A stretch of 59,691 nt of DNA, counting the filler, from Bipalium vagum (lineage: Eukaryota), in the NCBI GenBank assembly GCA_037834085.1. It is 3 parts of 3 records of this genome, joined end to end, with 100 filler letters (N's around TTAATTAATTAA, not from the genome) between each part and the next. Parts side by side here need not be neighbours in the genome. Positions count along the whole stretch, not along the records: positions 1 to 16,290 come from JBBMKC010117992.1; positions 16,391 to 41,391 come from JBBMKC010197831.1; 1 more part is not named here. One strand, 5' to 3'. Position 1 is the stretch's first letter. Each line of letters opens with the position of its first letter. The position numbers and the translations under genes are program-made. The notes beneath the pieces were generated by a model. That model ran no database searches. It was not told the DNA's origin and saw nothing but the letters and a program-made list of their open reading frames with translations. Of the stretch, positions 1 to 19,690 are shown in pieces.

Positions 1-63
<63 letters not shown>

Positions 64-76
64 AAGAAGAAGAAGA
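1..76. repeat. Compound microsatellite (AAT)11(AAG)n
   Basis: Read directly from the sequence. Confidence 0.95.
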
Positions 77-1916
77 AATAAAATTTAAAAATGACAAATA
101 TATTCTGTACTTTTTTGAAATGTGAATTTTTGAATTTTCGAATTGGAATATTAAGCATTTTTATTGGTCATTACATTTTTGCTGATTTAAAATGCAAAAT
201 TTTAGATATTATTTTAATGTCATAAATATTATTTATATCACTAAATCGGGTTATTTAGTTATTTCAAGTTTCATAAAATATTTCTAATGATCATACTAAA
301 TTCTTCAATGTGTACTTATTTTTCTTAAATCTCAACTCATTGGATGATCTAAATTTTCGCTGATTTTACTTAATTGCAAATATATAATGATAGGTGATAC
401 TGTGTTTCTCCTATGTACAGGTTATAGCCATCCATGAAATTTAATTGGTTCATAATATTAGTTTACACTATCATAGGCATTGGTGTTTTAATTTTAACAT
501 ATTTTTGTTTTTGTGCTATTGATATTACTCATAGATCTAAAATAATATTTATATATGATTTTTAATTCTGATTGGCATTAATAAAGTGATCCTATTATAA
601 TAATTGATAATATTTTAAAAATCCAATTTATAATAGTCAAGGTTACATATGAAAATTTTTAGTAGTTTATTAGAAAATCTAACAATAGTTATTCACCATT
701 TATGATTTTATATCTATTTATACCAAAGAAAATTCATATTATATAAAATTTTCTGTATAGCATTGTCAAATTTATAAAGATCTTGTTTAAAATACTAAAG
801 AATATGTTCATATTAAAAAGAATTGTTATTTAGATGACGCATTAAATTATAACAACAAAATATGATCAGATAAAAATACCTAGATTTTAAAAATTAATTT
901 TAGATATTTTTTAATTTATCAAGGGTTTCAATTTATTTAAATATTTAAAGGCTTATTATTATACATTTTTTATATTAGGCTTTGGTTTTTTAAGATTTAG
1001 TTTATTATTCAAATATCAGAATTTTTGAACAACATTGTTTTTGAAATGATAATTTTCGTTAAATTATTGTTAATCTTTGATATTATTCTCAATATTAATT
1101 TAATAATATTATTATTACATATTCAATATTAATATTTAAACCAATTCTTGTAATCATAATTCAATGTTAAGCCAATTTTTTGAAAATAAGTTCATTAATA
1201 AGTCTTTCATATTATAAAAAATTTCGACAAACCTATTTAAATCAAAATTTCTGTATGAAAACAATAAAAAATAAATAAAAATAATTATTTGTGAATTGAT
1301 TTATTCTAAGAAATAAAATTTTATTTTATGGGATAATAATAGGAACTCAAGTTTCTGAGGCAAAAATAGACTACGATATGTATTCTTCAATATCTATTTT
1401 TAAAGTATATTTTCTCTTACTGCCTTAATTGTTCTAACATATAATTAATAATTGAAACAATTATAATATTGATTACATTTACTACAATAAATAAATATTT
1501 CAATAAATAATCTTTAATATCCATAAAATTGACAAAAAAATATTTTTGTTTGAGATCAATTAAATTAATAATATTTACTATTAATAATGTCTAATACTTA
1601 TGTAATATTTTGTAAATTGAATAAAGTGATTAACATAGTTCAGTGGTTCTGAAATCAATAATTAAATTATTTGTTATTAATTATATTTAATTTTAAACAG
1701 TACTTCAAACATAGTCAGAACTATATGAAAATAAAGATATATAAAAATATTACATTATACAATAATTTTTTTAAATAAAACTTGTTTGTTCAGAAATTAC
1801 ACCAGTCACAAATTTTTATAGATGACCTTGAAATTATAAATAATACATTGTTTAAATTTACTTATAATATATATATCTAATATAAAATTCAAAATCATAA
1901 CATATTATTGATTGTA

Positions 1917-8122
<6,206 letters not shown>

Positions 8123-9720
8123 AAATACTGAAGATTCGATTTATATTTACCTACTTTGTATATGTAAACTTATTCTGGACATTTTTTCCGCACTCAGACG
8201 TCCAAACGTAATCAATTAAGCACTTGTCTGTTAAAATATAATGTGTTCACCATTTATGAATTTTAGAGATTTTATCAGATCATGTCTTTATTTAAATTTT
8301 ATCAAATTATTGATTAGCACTGTTATGTTTCCTTGTTTTGAATTCAATTATACTAATGACACTGGTTACAATGTGTTCAGCAGTCATACTACACGAACAG
8401 GAACCGTTTTGATTGATTTCTTCTCTTGTGCTGTTTTTCATTTCTGGTTTCAATGTGTGCATGTGTAACAATCGACTGTCTATTTTTAGATTTATTATTA
8501 CGATTTTATACTTTCTGCAATTCAGGCGTTTTGATAATCTAGGATTTAATTATTATTTCTACTCAAATCTTTTGATTTTAACTAATAGTTTATGAGAATA
8601 GTTTTAGCCTTTCTATGATTGAAGGAATGCGTGTGTAATTTCTTGTGATGTAGTATTTATTAATTTCAATAAATCATCAATTTGTGGCACGTTTTTTTTA
8701 CATAAATAGCTTTCGTTGCCAGATAAAGTTTTTATGTGAAAAAGCAAGAGGGATTTCTATTAAGTGAATGTTGAGATTCGTTTTGGATCAAATGTCAGTT
8801 GAAATCATGTGGTGAATATTATTCCTAAACCTTTATTTTATTCCCCGGATATTTGGACCGAATTATGAATGGATGATGTCCAAGTATATCTTGTCATAAA
8901 ATATTTCTGATTTTATCAAATGTAAGAATTATATAGACTAATAAATCTGATTTATATATAATATTAAACGATCCTGTCGTGATGAAATCCAGTCATAACA
9001 AAGTCTTAATTCTTGGTATGAAATATCCGATTTCTTTAAATAGATAATTTCTCAATTTTATCTCAATAAATTTATTGAAATGAGACGACTTAAATTTGTT
9101 TCCCAGCAAAATTAAAAGTATTCTCAAATTTTGTTCCAATAATAACAGTAGCAGAAAACAAATTTCAAAAATTAATTATTAAGAGTAAACTTGAGTTAAT
9201 CCGAATCAGCTCAACCCGGAAATCCTTTTAATATAGCTTGAATTTTTGATTTCAAGGAAGTAAACTAAATATAAATTTTCACTAGCAATATTGCTGGGAT
9301 TCAAATAGATATCGTTGTTAACAATTATGATATTGAATAAAGAACCTGTGGTTTTAGAAAAATGGTTTTATGATTTTTGAAAGGTTAATTTCTAAAAAAT
9401 TTTCTAAATAAAATAATTGATTTTTAAAAATTTTTCTGTATAGACGCATTTTCTATAAAATAATTTGTAGAAGCAATAATTCACATTAATTCAAAAGTTG
9501 TAAAAGCTTTTTATTTGGGTAGTTAAAATATGAATAAAAATTTTATTTATCAATTTTATTTTAAACAAACTACTTCAAAAAATTAATTAATAGTTTTTTA
9601 CTTAAAATCGATTAAAATATAAATGAAATAGATATAGATAATAAATTATTTTATAAATATTAAAATGTATGATGATTAATAAATTAAAAAATTCTTAAAA
9701 TATAATTGTAATTAGAATAA

Positions 9721-9823
9721 TTAATAAATAATCAATAATATTTAATAAATAATCAATAATGTTTAATAAATAATCAATAATATTTAATAAATAATCAATA
9801 ATATTTAATAAATAATCAATAAT
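9721..9823. repeat. 21-bp minisatellite (TTAATAAATAATCAATAATAT) x ~5
   Basis: Near-perfect tandem copies. Confidence 0.9.
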
Positions 9824-10689
9824 TCACATGGAAATAATTTTTAAAAATTTTAACACAATTTTATTTTTATTTAGTTATTAACATTATATTATTAAAAAAT
9901 TTCATTTTAAAAGGTCTTGGATTTTGTTAAGAATGAGAATTATATTTTTTCAAATGATTTGTGCATTGATTATTAAAAAAGAGCAATTTTCAGTTACATT
10001 TTAAAAAATTCATTCATCAAAATATCGAACAAAAACCTAAAAACACCAGAAACATTATTTTCCCTATGTGTCAACAATTTTATGTCATTCCTTAAGAAAA
10101 CCCTTTCTTTTCAAAGAATGTGGATAATTTCAGAGTATACCATTTTAAAAAAACTTTCAAAAATTACTTCCTGTCAATTACATATTTCGCTATTGAGCAT
10201 TACTTTCATTACAGGAAGGAAGTAGAATTTCGCTGGATAGTTCCGGTTAAGTATAGAAGAGTGGCAGCATGTAAAAAAATTTTTTTGATGGCAAATAAAT
10301 TAGATCAGTATTTTTCTGTTTAATTTTAACTGGAAAGTTCAAATTTTTCCTGAAGTATTGATTACATATTTTATTTATTTTATTACATAAGAAACAAGTA
10401 ATCCTCCTGCGAAGCCTATAAAATTTCAGATGGATGGCAATATTGATCTAAAACAATCAGAAAATTATTTTGACTTAAATTCTTAAAAATTATTAATTAA
10501 ATCATTATCAACAATAGAGTTGCATCTGACACCCGTCACAGTTTGATGTCGATAGGATTTCACAATTGTCATTTATAAAAATATTATATCAAAAAGATAA
10601 ATATAAATTTTAACATTTCATGTCCTCATTTGAAGTAAGATTTTCTCAATTTGCAAATTATGCTTTTTCACCAACATAACGATGCAAGG

Positions 10690-11023
10690 ACCTTGATTGA
10701 ATAACGGTACCTGCGAAATGGTTTACAACAATATGTTTGCTAGAAAATTATTTTAGTTCTTCGAACAACAAACATGAAACGGAGAATCATTCTTCATCTC
10801 GACAATGTTAGTTTACATACAGCCCTATCAACAACAGACTTTTTATCATCTTTAAATATAGAATTATTGGGTCATCCACCATAGAGTCCCGACCTAAGTC
10901 CAAATGACTTAATGGAAAACTGTATAAATCTTTGTGGAGAATATTTTGAAAAGTAATAAAACATTTTTAGTCTTTTTGCCTTATTTTATGTCTCTATGCA
11001 AAACTTAAAAGCCAACCCTAGTA
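10690..11023 (+). mobile_element. Mariner remnant, internally deleted 3' part
   Basis: Translates RIILHLDN...ELLGHPP*SPDLSPND then CINLCGEYFEK*, followed by a TIR-like end (...AAGCCAACCCTAGTA). Confidence 0.8.
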
Positions 11024-12121
11024 TATTTTTAGTTACCACAATAAGTTCCTATCATCGATCATTTAGATTAATGTACAATTAGTTAAATTGCCTTTGTCAA
11101 TAGATCTTTATTAAAAAACAACAAGAACGTACTATAAAATTCAATAATTCATACCAATTTCAATTTCTTTTCAAATTAAAAAGAATAATGTTATAAGTGA
11201 AAAGTAATTGGGCCATTAAAACAATCAATATCAAATTTATGTCAAATAATAAATCGATAATGAAAATAACAATTATTGGAATTTTATTAATGGTCATTTT
11301 AATAAATTTTAAAATGTAATGAATCTAAAAAATGTGAATTAATGATATATTAATAAGAACTCTATAAAATTTCCTCTCATTGGTAAAGACAATTCTGAAG
11401 CTTTGGTTAACAAGATTAATATTTTTGGTCTGTCATTTTCCGACTGAATTTCACCACCCTTAGGTGAATGTGGAATGGTTATCATTTTTAGATATCATGG
11501 CAAATATAATTAATGATACAATGGACATAGCTGTCAAGAAAGTGAAGGTTTGTAGCGTTTATTCATTAAAAGAAAACCCATTTCTTTCTTCTCATGACCA
11601 ACTGGTTTTCAAGTACTTTTCCAATGTGTTATTGACTAAATGAGCCAGTACCGTTAAATTATATTGAGTATATATTTTTCTTGAACTCCATTGGTATTCA
11701 TTATACTGAATATTTATTAGTCTGGGTTTAATACGGGAAATCAATATAATTAATAGTTATTACCAATATCTTTTTTTCGTTGTTTATAGAAACATTTTCT
11801 CCTTTAACCAAATTGGATTATGTTTTTAAGACAACCAAAAAACGTAAGCTGCAATTTGAAAGGGTTGCTTAATGATTAAGATAGATAAAATCTCTTTTAA
11901 AATAATATGATTTTCTTATCTTTTCGAATATATTTTTTTACTCAGAAATGCTTTGTTTTACATATTTGTTTCTTGTTCTTCCTGTCTTCGAAAACAATCT
12001 TCGACATTTTTAAAGCTTTTTTAAAAATGTCGTATAATTTTTTTCAACATTAAAGTGTTTCTCCGTTCCATGTTTTGTACGGATTTTGTTTTACTTTATC
12101 ACTGTTAGTTGAAAATTAATC

Positions 12122-12196
12122 GGAGATACCGGGATTTGAATTCAGGACCTATCACATGCACATGGACTACTCTGACCGCTGAGCTACTACATCCTC
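12122..12196 (-). pseudogene. tRNA-Ala-derived element (SINE head or tRNA pseudogene), degenerate copy
   Basis: The reverse complement resembles eukaryotic tRNA-Ala (GATGTAG..CTCAGCGGTCAGAG...GGTCCTGAATTCAAATCCCGGTATCTCC). Homologous to 35882-35952. Confidence 0.7.
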
Positions 12197-12807
12197 TGAC
12201 TAACATCCTCTCATAACCACAAAGTTTCTGAAATCAACAGGTCCAATATTATTCTTTAGTCGTTGTGAAACTGTTCATGAGGACAAATTGTTTAATGAAA
12301 ATAAAACGAACAGAAGTCTCGATCACGAAGGTTTTAATTTTTGGATATTTTTTAATGGTTTTTGAGAAAAACAAAAATACAAAATACAAATAGAAAATTT
12401 ACTTTTCATGTGAAATATTGATTAAACCCAAAAAATTAGGAAATTAATTTATTTTTTAACAAAAACATATTGACTTAATATTTGGTTTAGTATTTGATTG
12501 AAAATATTTCGAAGATTGTTTTCAATTATTTCTCAAAAATAAAATTATAAAAATTCTCGATATAAAAATTCCGACTAATTCATGTATAATAAAGGAAAAC
12601 AAATTTTCCTGTAAAATTAAAAATATTATACAAAATAAATAAGAAATCAATAATATCAAACTGAATTTTCTTCTCAAAAAATCAATATTTAAGAAAGAAT
12701 TTTATTAATGTTTTAATAATTCAAGACCAGAACTAAAACGATAATTAATTGTCGTCAGGATATATAAACAAAATCATTACTGTAATTATAAGCTATAATC
12801 TAAAATT

Positions 12808-12870
12808 AATATAATATAATATAATATAATATAATATAATATAATATAATATAATATAATATATAATATA
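12808..12870. repeat. (AATAT)n microsatellite
   Basis: Read directly from the sequence. Confidence 0.9.
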
Positions 12871-13988
12871 TATTTTATATTTTATAATATTTAAAAGAAA
12901 AGATTTCAAAATTTGAAATTGGCAATAAATACCCCCATTAAATTTTCCTAAAATTCACTTGAAATTCTTCATATTCTATTTCTATGATTGATTGGCATTT
13001 ATCTAATAACAATAGTCAATTATCTTCTTTTAACGAATCCAAGTACTATGATATTTTATGGAAATTAAATTCTAAATTAGCTTCTTTTTATGCTCAAATA
13101 TTACGGATCTTCTGAAGCTGGAAAATCAAAATTATACTTTCCGTACAAGTAGCCAGTTGAATTTTAGGCCTTAATCTACATATTTTTATCATTAAATACC
13201 ATACACTCATGGAGGTTTTCGTTTAATGATTATTTATTTATATTTACAGCTGTTTTTAGTGATACAAGTACTTTTCATATTTCATATTAATTAATATTAA
13301 AATAATGATAAAATAATATTATAATATTATAATAATTTATATTAATGAAGTTATTAAAGAAAAACTTCGAATTTCCTTTCAGGAAATAACATTTTGGAAA
13401 TCTTTTCAAATATTTTAAGTAATGTTTAGGAATATTTTGATATTACAAATTGCTTTCTTCTCTTAAGAGTTAAAATTTATAAATTGATTTATTTATTTGA
13501 AGTCATTCTCAAAAAAAGTAAAAAAATTGATTATAAAAAATAGATTTAATAAAGAGTTTTAAATTATTATAATAATTCAACTCACAAAGTACTGAAAATA
13601 AAACTTTTTATTATATATTATATTATATAAAAATTTCTGTACTATGTTCCTGGTATCTCGGTTTCTAGCATTTTAAATATCACAGATGAATTATCAAAAA
13701 TATATTATTTTTTTAAATTTATTAATAAAATTAGTACCTTTTGTGATTTCCAGCTTTTTTAGTTTTAAATATTGTTCAGTACTGACTCCAATTTTTGAAG
13801 TATCTTGTTAGGTTTCAATCAGTTATTAGTATGATAATTAAATCCCATCATTTTGTTATACGATTAATTATTATTATAAATATCGTGTATTTTTCATTGG
13901 AATAAACTTAAAAAGTAATATTGTAATATATACATAAAAACTTAGCATTTGTTTTAACTGATTAAAAAGTTTATTTATTTTAGCGATA

Positions 13989-14250
13989 ATGCAAAATCAT
14001 AGACCAGGAAAACAACATTTGCGGGAATCATCATTTCTTTGCTACAATTTAAAGAAATCAGCAGGAAAGCAATAGATTGATTCAAAGGATCAAGATTTCT
14101 TTTACCGCAGAATCCATTTTCTGGCAGAAAAATGGTCCATGGTAAGTGCCCATGGAAAATATTTTGACTGAAATAAATGTTTTGTTATTTTTAAATAAAC
14201 AATTTAATTTCCATTAAAAATCGATGGGAATTGATTTTCACAGCTAATAT
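13989..14250 (+). mobile_element. Internally deleted mariner (Mos1/mauritiana-like)
   Basis: N-terminus MQNHRPGKQHLRE..CYNLKKSA is joined directly to C-terminus DSKDQDFFYRRIHFLAEKW..GKYFD*, then a TIR-like end. Confidence 0.7.
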
Positions 14251-15169
14251 CATAAAAATGGAAATTCTTTTCGTCTGCTTCAAAAGTTAACTATATAAAA
14301 AGTAGATTTAAATTTCAAACTATTTTTCTTATTATTTATATTTGTATTTTTTGTATATTATTATTAAAATTAAAATTATTAAAATAACTATTATAATAAA
14401 ATTATTATTATCATTAAAATTATATTTTTATTAAAATTATTATTATTAAAATGATTTTGAGATATATATTTTATTATTTTTATTTAAAAAATAATTTTTT
14501 TTTGGAAAATAAGCAAATGTGTTTTGAAAAAAATGTTTATAATATCTGAGGATTTTTAAAAAGTCTGAAAAGTTACTATTGATTTCCTCAAACTTGCAGA
14601 AGGACCTAAATATTCAGATTTGATAATTGTTAACTGTTTCAGTATCATAAGCTGTTAAATAGATTCATAAGACATTTGCTGTCAATAAGGGCCTTTTTGA
14701 GAGAGCAATTTGGCAATTGTATATAAAATATGATTGCATGAATACAATTTTTTTATACATAATCTATAAAATGCTCTTTTCTTCCTGAGTGAGAAAAGAA
14801 AAATATTTAGTACAATATGCAGGTAGGAATTTTGTGAGACCTCAGTGTATATTGTAGCATTAATTGTCAGGTCTGATATTTTAATTAATGACAAAGTAAA
14901 ATGAAAATTATTACAGTAATGTTTTGAAAAAGATTTTTAAGTTTAGATTGAAGTTAACGATTTTTTCATCGATTTTTTAATTTTAAATGAATTTATTAAA
15001 ACTACTCCAATCATATTACAGCTTTTGTTATAATTAAAATATTAATAAAATATTATATTATTTTAATAAAAATATTTCAAGATTGAAAACTATTCAATCC
15101 AAACATGCAAAATTGCAGAATTTTACTGCAGTCTCAGATTTGGTAAATAAAATTGATTTTATTATTATT

Positions 15170-15540
15170 ATTACAATGAATATTTATAGCTTGAAATTGA
15201 TGAAGGCGTACACGGATCACTAAATGAAGATGACTTGATTAATAAACTGACTCCGAAAACAGTGACAATCCAGTTAATTTAGAAGACTTATCTACAGAAA
15301 TTGTTTGGTTATCGACAGCTATAACAGCTTTCAAAATAGTATGCGATTAATTTTTTCAATATTAAAAATTCCGTGAAGAGCACATCAAAGCAATTCATAT
15401 ATTGTCAGATACGTTTTAATGATTATAGAAAATCTCTACAACCCATTGTTGAATATTAACAAACCAATTGTATTTAAGGACATCGATCCTATCAATGTCG
15501 CGATTTTTAAAATTGCCTTAATAAGGGGTTTGGTTGTATA
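15170..15540 (+). mobile_element. Possible pogo/Tigger 3' end remnant
   Basis: Decayed acidic coding-like stretch ending in a Tigger-like terminus (CCTTAATAAGGGGTTTGGTTG-TA). Confidence 0.35.
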
Positions 15541-16219
15541 TTCTACTTCTTAAAATATTACTTATAGACTTAAGTTTTAGTTTTATATGCTTGGTATTCG
15601 TTTCTATCTTTAACTTAATCAAAGTTCTTGGTTTAAAATTTTATTTAGCAGCTGGTAAATAAAATTGATAAAGATGTAACATCATTTCAGATCTTCCTCT
15701 TTTAGTTTCTACATTTGATAAGTAGTAAGTAATATTTTTTTGATATATATAGTAATAAAAGTAAGGTCATTCAAAATTTACCTTTTTGAACATTTTGATT
15801 CTAAGTTTAGTCTTACTTTATCTCTTTAACAGATTTCTCTATTAGAATTGGTATTGTAAACTTCGCTATCACTTCGAATTCACATTAGCTTAAAGGTTTC
15901 AATTTCAGTGATCATGCTTTGATGAGTTATCTAAAATCAAAATCAAAACCCAGTTCAATTAATCATCGATAAGAATTTATTATATTCTGATAACCTAATA
16001 TCACAATCGATGCAAAGGAATTATTTAGGAATTTAATCGATTAATTTTTATTCAAAAATCTTTTTTATTATTTTGGTCATAAATCCTCATTGATTGAAAT
16101 TATTTTGAATAACACTTAACAGTTTTGGTTAAATAATAATAAAAACTTTTCAATTTTAATATTAAGCTTATTTTTGTAAATTACATAAATTAGATATATT
16201 TTTCTTATCATATTTTATA

Positions 16220-16221
<2 letters not shown>

Positions 16222-16290
<69 letters not shown>
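16222..16290. repeat. (ATT)n microsatellite abutting the scaffold gap
   Basis: Read directly from the sequence. Confidence 0.95.
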
Positions 16291-16390
16291 NNNNNNNNNN
16301 NNNNNNNNNNNNNNNNNNNNNNNNNNNNNNNNNNTTAATTAATTAANNNNNNNNNNNNNNNNNNNNNNNNNNNNNNNNNNNNNNNNNNNN
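16291..16390. other. Assembly gap with artificial TTAATTAATTAA linker
   Basis: N-run, 12-mer, N-run. The same construct occurs at 41392-41491. Confidence 0.95.
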
Positions 16391-16686
16391 TTAAACGTAA
16401 CCACCGTTAATTCCGAATCCGATTCTCAACTTGAAAAAGTAAAAGTTAAAAAATCTAAAAAGCAAAGCCTAATTGTTGAAAAACCTGCTCTTACCCGTTC
16501 TCAAACTCGTATTAATCTTAAAAATAATAAGAGTAAATTAATTAAAATGACAGAAAGCGAAAACGAGGATAATAGTAGCACATATACTGGTTATATTAAG
16601 ATGGATACGTACAGTGGAAATCCGGCTGAACTACCTGATTTTCTATCAAACTATTATATAATAATGCGCGCATATGGTTTTAGTGA
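16391..16686 (+). mobile_element. LTR-retrotransposon leader plus Gag N-terminus fragment (same family as 21024-22915)
   Basis: YTGYIKMDTYSGNPAELPDFLSNYYIIMRAY aligns with YTGYVKIDG..YPADLLDFLPNYYIVMRAY at ~21680-21765. Both share upstream GTTCTCAAACTCG. Confidence 0.8.
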
Positions 16687-16875
16687 GTTCTTACAAAGAT
16701 CAGTCGATTCGATTCCCGAGAGACTTAGGAACTTACAGACGAATGCTGGTTCACATTTTGAATTTAAAATAAAACTACATTTTGTGTTTGTTCTTTTCAT
16801 ATTCATTTTTCGTAAAAATAATATTCAGAAAAAAATAAGACTTTTACAATAGGGAGTTATTTATCAATCACCCTG
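16687..16875 (+). mobile_element. 3' end of a Tc1/mariner-superfamily element (maT/rosa-like)
   Basis: FLQRSVDSIPERLRNLQTNAGSHFE resembles the transposase C-terminus. Ends in CACCCTG-TA (reverse complement TA-CAGGGTG). Confidence 0.65.
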
Positions 16876-17097
16876 TAGAATAGGATTTTTTAATTACAAT
16901 AATTATTTAAGTTAAAGAAAATTGCAATATTTGGTACCAATGTTAAATTCCAAATGATTTTTAGCTTGTGAATAAGTTAGAATTTAAAAATTTAAAACTT
17001 CTCTACCCACCATCATCAATATAAAATACACTGAGTATAAATGTACAGCGTAAATAAAAAGATATTTCATTGTTTCATCATCATTACACAAGTGTTG

Positions 17098-18440
17098 TTA
17101 AAAAATAAAATGAGTAAAAAAAGATTCATATATTTCAAAAATCTGTGATACGAAGACATAATCTATCAAATGAGACTGTAAGTTAGAATTCTTTACAAAA
17201 TTCGATAAGATATCATTGGTCACAATAAACAGCTTAGATCCAATTGGTTGTTCTTTTTTCAAGTTCTTTATAAATCGATTCAGATGGAATGAATCAGCAT
17301 AGGTAAGCTGAGGTAGTTGAACATTTCCGTTTATTGGCATCTCTGAAAAAGAATCCACATCGCATACCTGTTGAAATAATTGATAAAATATATCGCTAAT
17401 CATAATGGAAAAAGACCACAAAAAAAATTCGATTTGCTGAAAGACTGTCGGCATGATTAAATTTGTTCAGGATATCAGAGATTTTTGATGTTCGTTGACG
17501 AATCATTTTAAGATATTTTTGAAATTTCCAAATCATTAGAAAATCGATCACATTTAGAATCGTAACCACTGATACCAGATGATGATGATTCATTTTCGGA
17601 ATAGTATGACGAGGTGGATTCTAAGTTGGTACTGAAATTCCAGTTCCCATCAGCATCAACTGACCGTGACAAAGATTCTGTTGTGCACTCAAGAATATCT
17701 TATACATTTTCTTTTTGTTTACAAGTTAAAAAGAGACCGATGTTAAATTGAACACAGTCGGACAACAGTTGATCCTTTTGAGTGAGTGAAAGTCATTTTG
17801 ATTGTAATATTCACCAGATATAAAAAGGCAGTAATCACAAATGATAAAAAAAGATAAAGAATGGTGGATCTATTTAGATTTCAAACAAAGTACTCCAAAT
17901 TCTATACAACTGCATTTACCAATGCTTCTCTACACTCAACAATTTTTCAATCGAACTGCAAACGATCACAAGCTGATTTGGAGAGAAATTCTGCAACAAT
18001 CGGATGATCGACCATGCTGAAAACATTTTTGATTTGAAATGAGACTAGAACTGCAAATTCGTCCTTCGCCCATGCAAGATGTATATAAAAAGGTAATTGA
18101 AAGAACAAAAGATTACTGTATACTAAACTATTGGAAATTTTAAATCGAACTGTTGCTCAGGTACCAGGATTTACATTCACCAAAACAAACAAATCACAAG
18201 TTCGAGCAAAGATGTTTCCATGAAAAGATTGAACAGACAATCCTGAACTAATGCATCAAATCCGATATTTCTGGTAAAATATCTGTTCAAATCACATAGA
18301 AGTCGAATGATTTCCAAAATACCACTATCACTGTTTTCGATGATATTCTCTTTACAGTTAATCGATGAACTAACAGTTAAATCAGGATAATAAAAATGTA
18401 ATCCACCACAATATCTGGAAATTATTGACAAAGAAGCCAG
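17098..18440 (-). pseudogene. SEC24: Decayed, apparently intronless Sec24A/B-like copy (C-terminal half)
   Basis: DLASLSIISRYCGG..YYP, LNRYFTRNIGFDAL, GLSVQSFHGNIFARTCDL..NVNP, CREALVNAV and C-terminal LPQL..DSFHLNRFIKNL match Sec24 in order. Interrupted by stops, frameshifts and deletions. Confidence 0.82.
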
Positions 18441-18863
18441 GTCACAAGGTTTTGGAATTAATATCAATTTTGTTTCCATAATTTTGATATTGATTGGTTA
18501 GCCAAGGATACATCTCTGTTAACCCTTGTAAAAATTATATTTTAGAGACCACAATAGGGTCTAGAATTGTTATAATTTATAAATTAAGACCGCAAAAGAG
18601 TCAGAAATAAAATAATAGTAATAATAATAATTAAATAATAAAAATAATTAATTAAAAAGTACAAACCTAATTAAAACAAAAAAAGGTAAATTTATTATTT
18701 TCTAAAAAGGATCTAATCTTGACAATGATGAACCTAAATTTCCAAAAGTAGATAAAGGTCCGCAAGGAGGAACCGGTTTAGAATTAAAGAGCTATAAAGG
18801 GAATTGACATTCCACATGGATAAAGCTAGTCTATGATTGATTGATAGTCTGACCAGAATAGTA

Positions 18864-19220
18864 CAGTGATAAACATTCCTTTAGACGCACATGGATAATT
18901 GCATATATTTCATGTCCTCTGTTATTGATAAATATAAATTTGATTTATATTAATTTACCATTAATAAATTAACCCAGAAAACTCTTTTTGTAATAAATTA
19001 CTCAATATGGATTTAAATAGATTTAAAAATTTCACAAAAAAGTTGAAACATTCGTTTAGACGCAATGAAGTTTTATTAATAAAAAAATACAATTAAAGCC
19101 TGTTTAATAAGGTATATTTTTTCCTTGTGCTTTAATGAAATTAAAAATTCTTTTCGGCATTGACATAGCTAATTTTTTCAATGTTGAATTGTCAATTTCA
19201 CTCCAGTACTCCTTTATATA
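18864..19220 (-). mobile_element. Tc1-like element end with IR/DR architecture
   Basis: TA-CAGTG terminus at 18862-18868 and 19-bp direct repeats at 18871-18889 and 19046-19064. Minus strand encodes IKEYWSEIDNSTLKKLAMSMPKRIFNFIKAQGKNIPY* (ends 19104). Confidence 0.8.
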
Positions 19221-19520
19221 AGGAGTTTGAATCCGCAGTAGATTGCCATAAAATTCTCCGAGAGAAATTTTCATCAGTGACTACGAAATTTTCGTCATTT
19301 GGCAGTTAGTAATCATTAATTATGTCCTATTTGTGACTGGAGCTCACGATTTATCCTGTGCTATTAGGGGGTTTCTGAACGAACCGGATTCGGCTCAGCA
19401 AATCACCCTTTGGATCTGTCGTCGTCACAACTGGTGAGAGTATAATAATTTTGTTTTCTTTAATTAATTAATATTTGTTTTAATTATTCAATTAATTATT
19501 ATTATTATTTGATTTTAATG

Positions 19521-19690
19521 TGAACATTTGATTGAAGACATTTTTATTGATTATTTGATACATTGCGTTTGCTCTTGTTATTTTATTAATAAAGTGTTGT
19601 TCGTAGTTGTTTTGATTTTTGCGTACACGTATTGGCAAAAATGAAGGGGTCAGAATTCTTTGCGAGCTAAGTGTTACGACGGTGTTCATA
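19521..19690 (+). repeat. Dispersed ~170-bp repeat, copy 1 (probable TE end)
   Basis: Highly similar direct copy at 42362-42537. Confidence 0.9.

Noticed and set aside
9721-9823. Regular repeat array as CRISPR-like
   Set aside because: Head-to-tail 21-mer with no spacers, in a eukaryotic context.
16335-16346. TTAATTAATTAA palindrome between N runs (also ~41436-41447)
   Set aside because: Artificial scaffolding linker, identical at both gaps; not biological.
16547-16852. 101-aa ORF as a novel fusion gene
   Set aside because: Chance in-frame junction of a Gag N-terminus and a transposase C-terminus at a deletion breakpoint; no sign of function.
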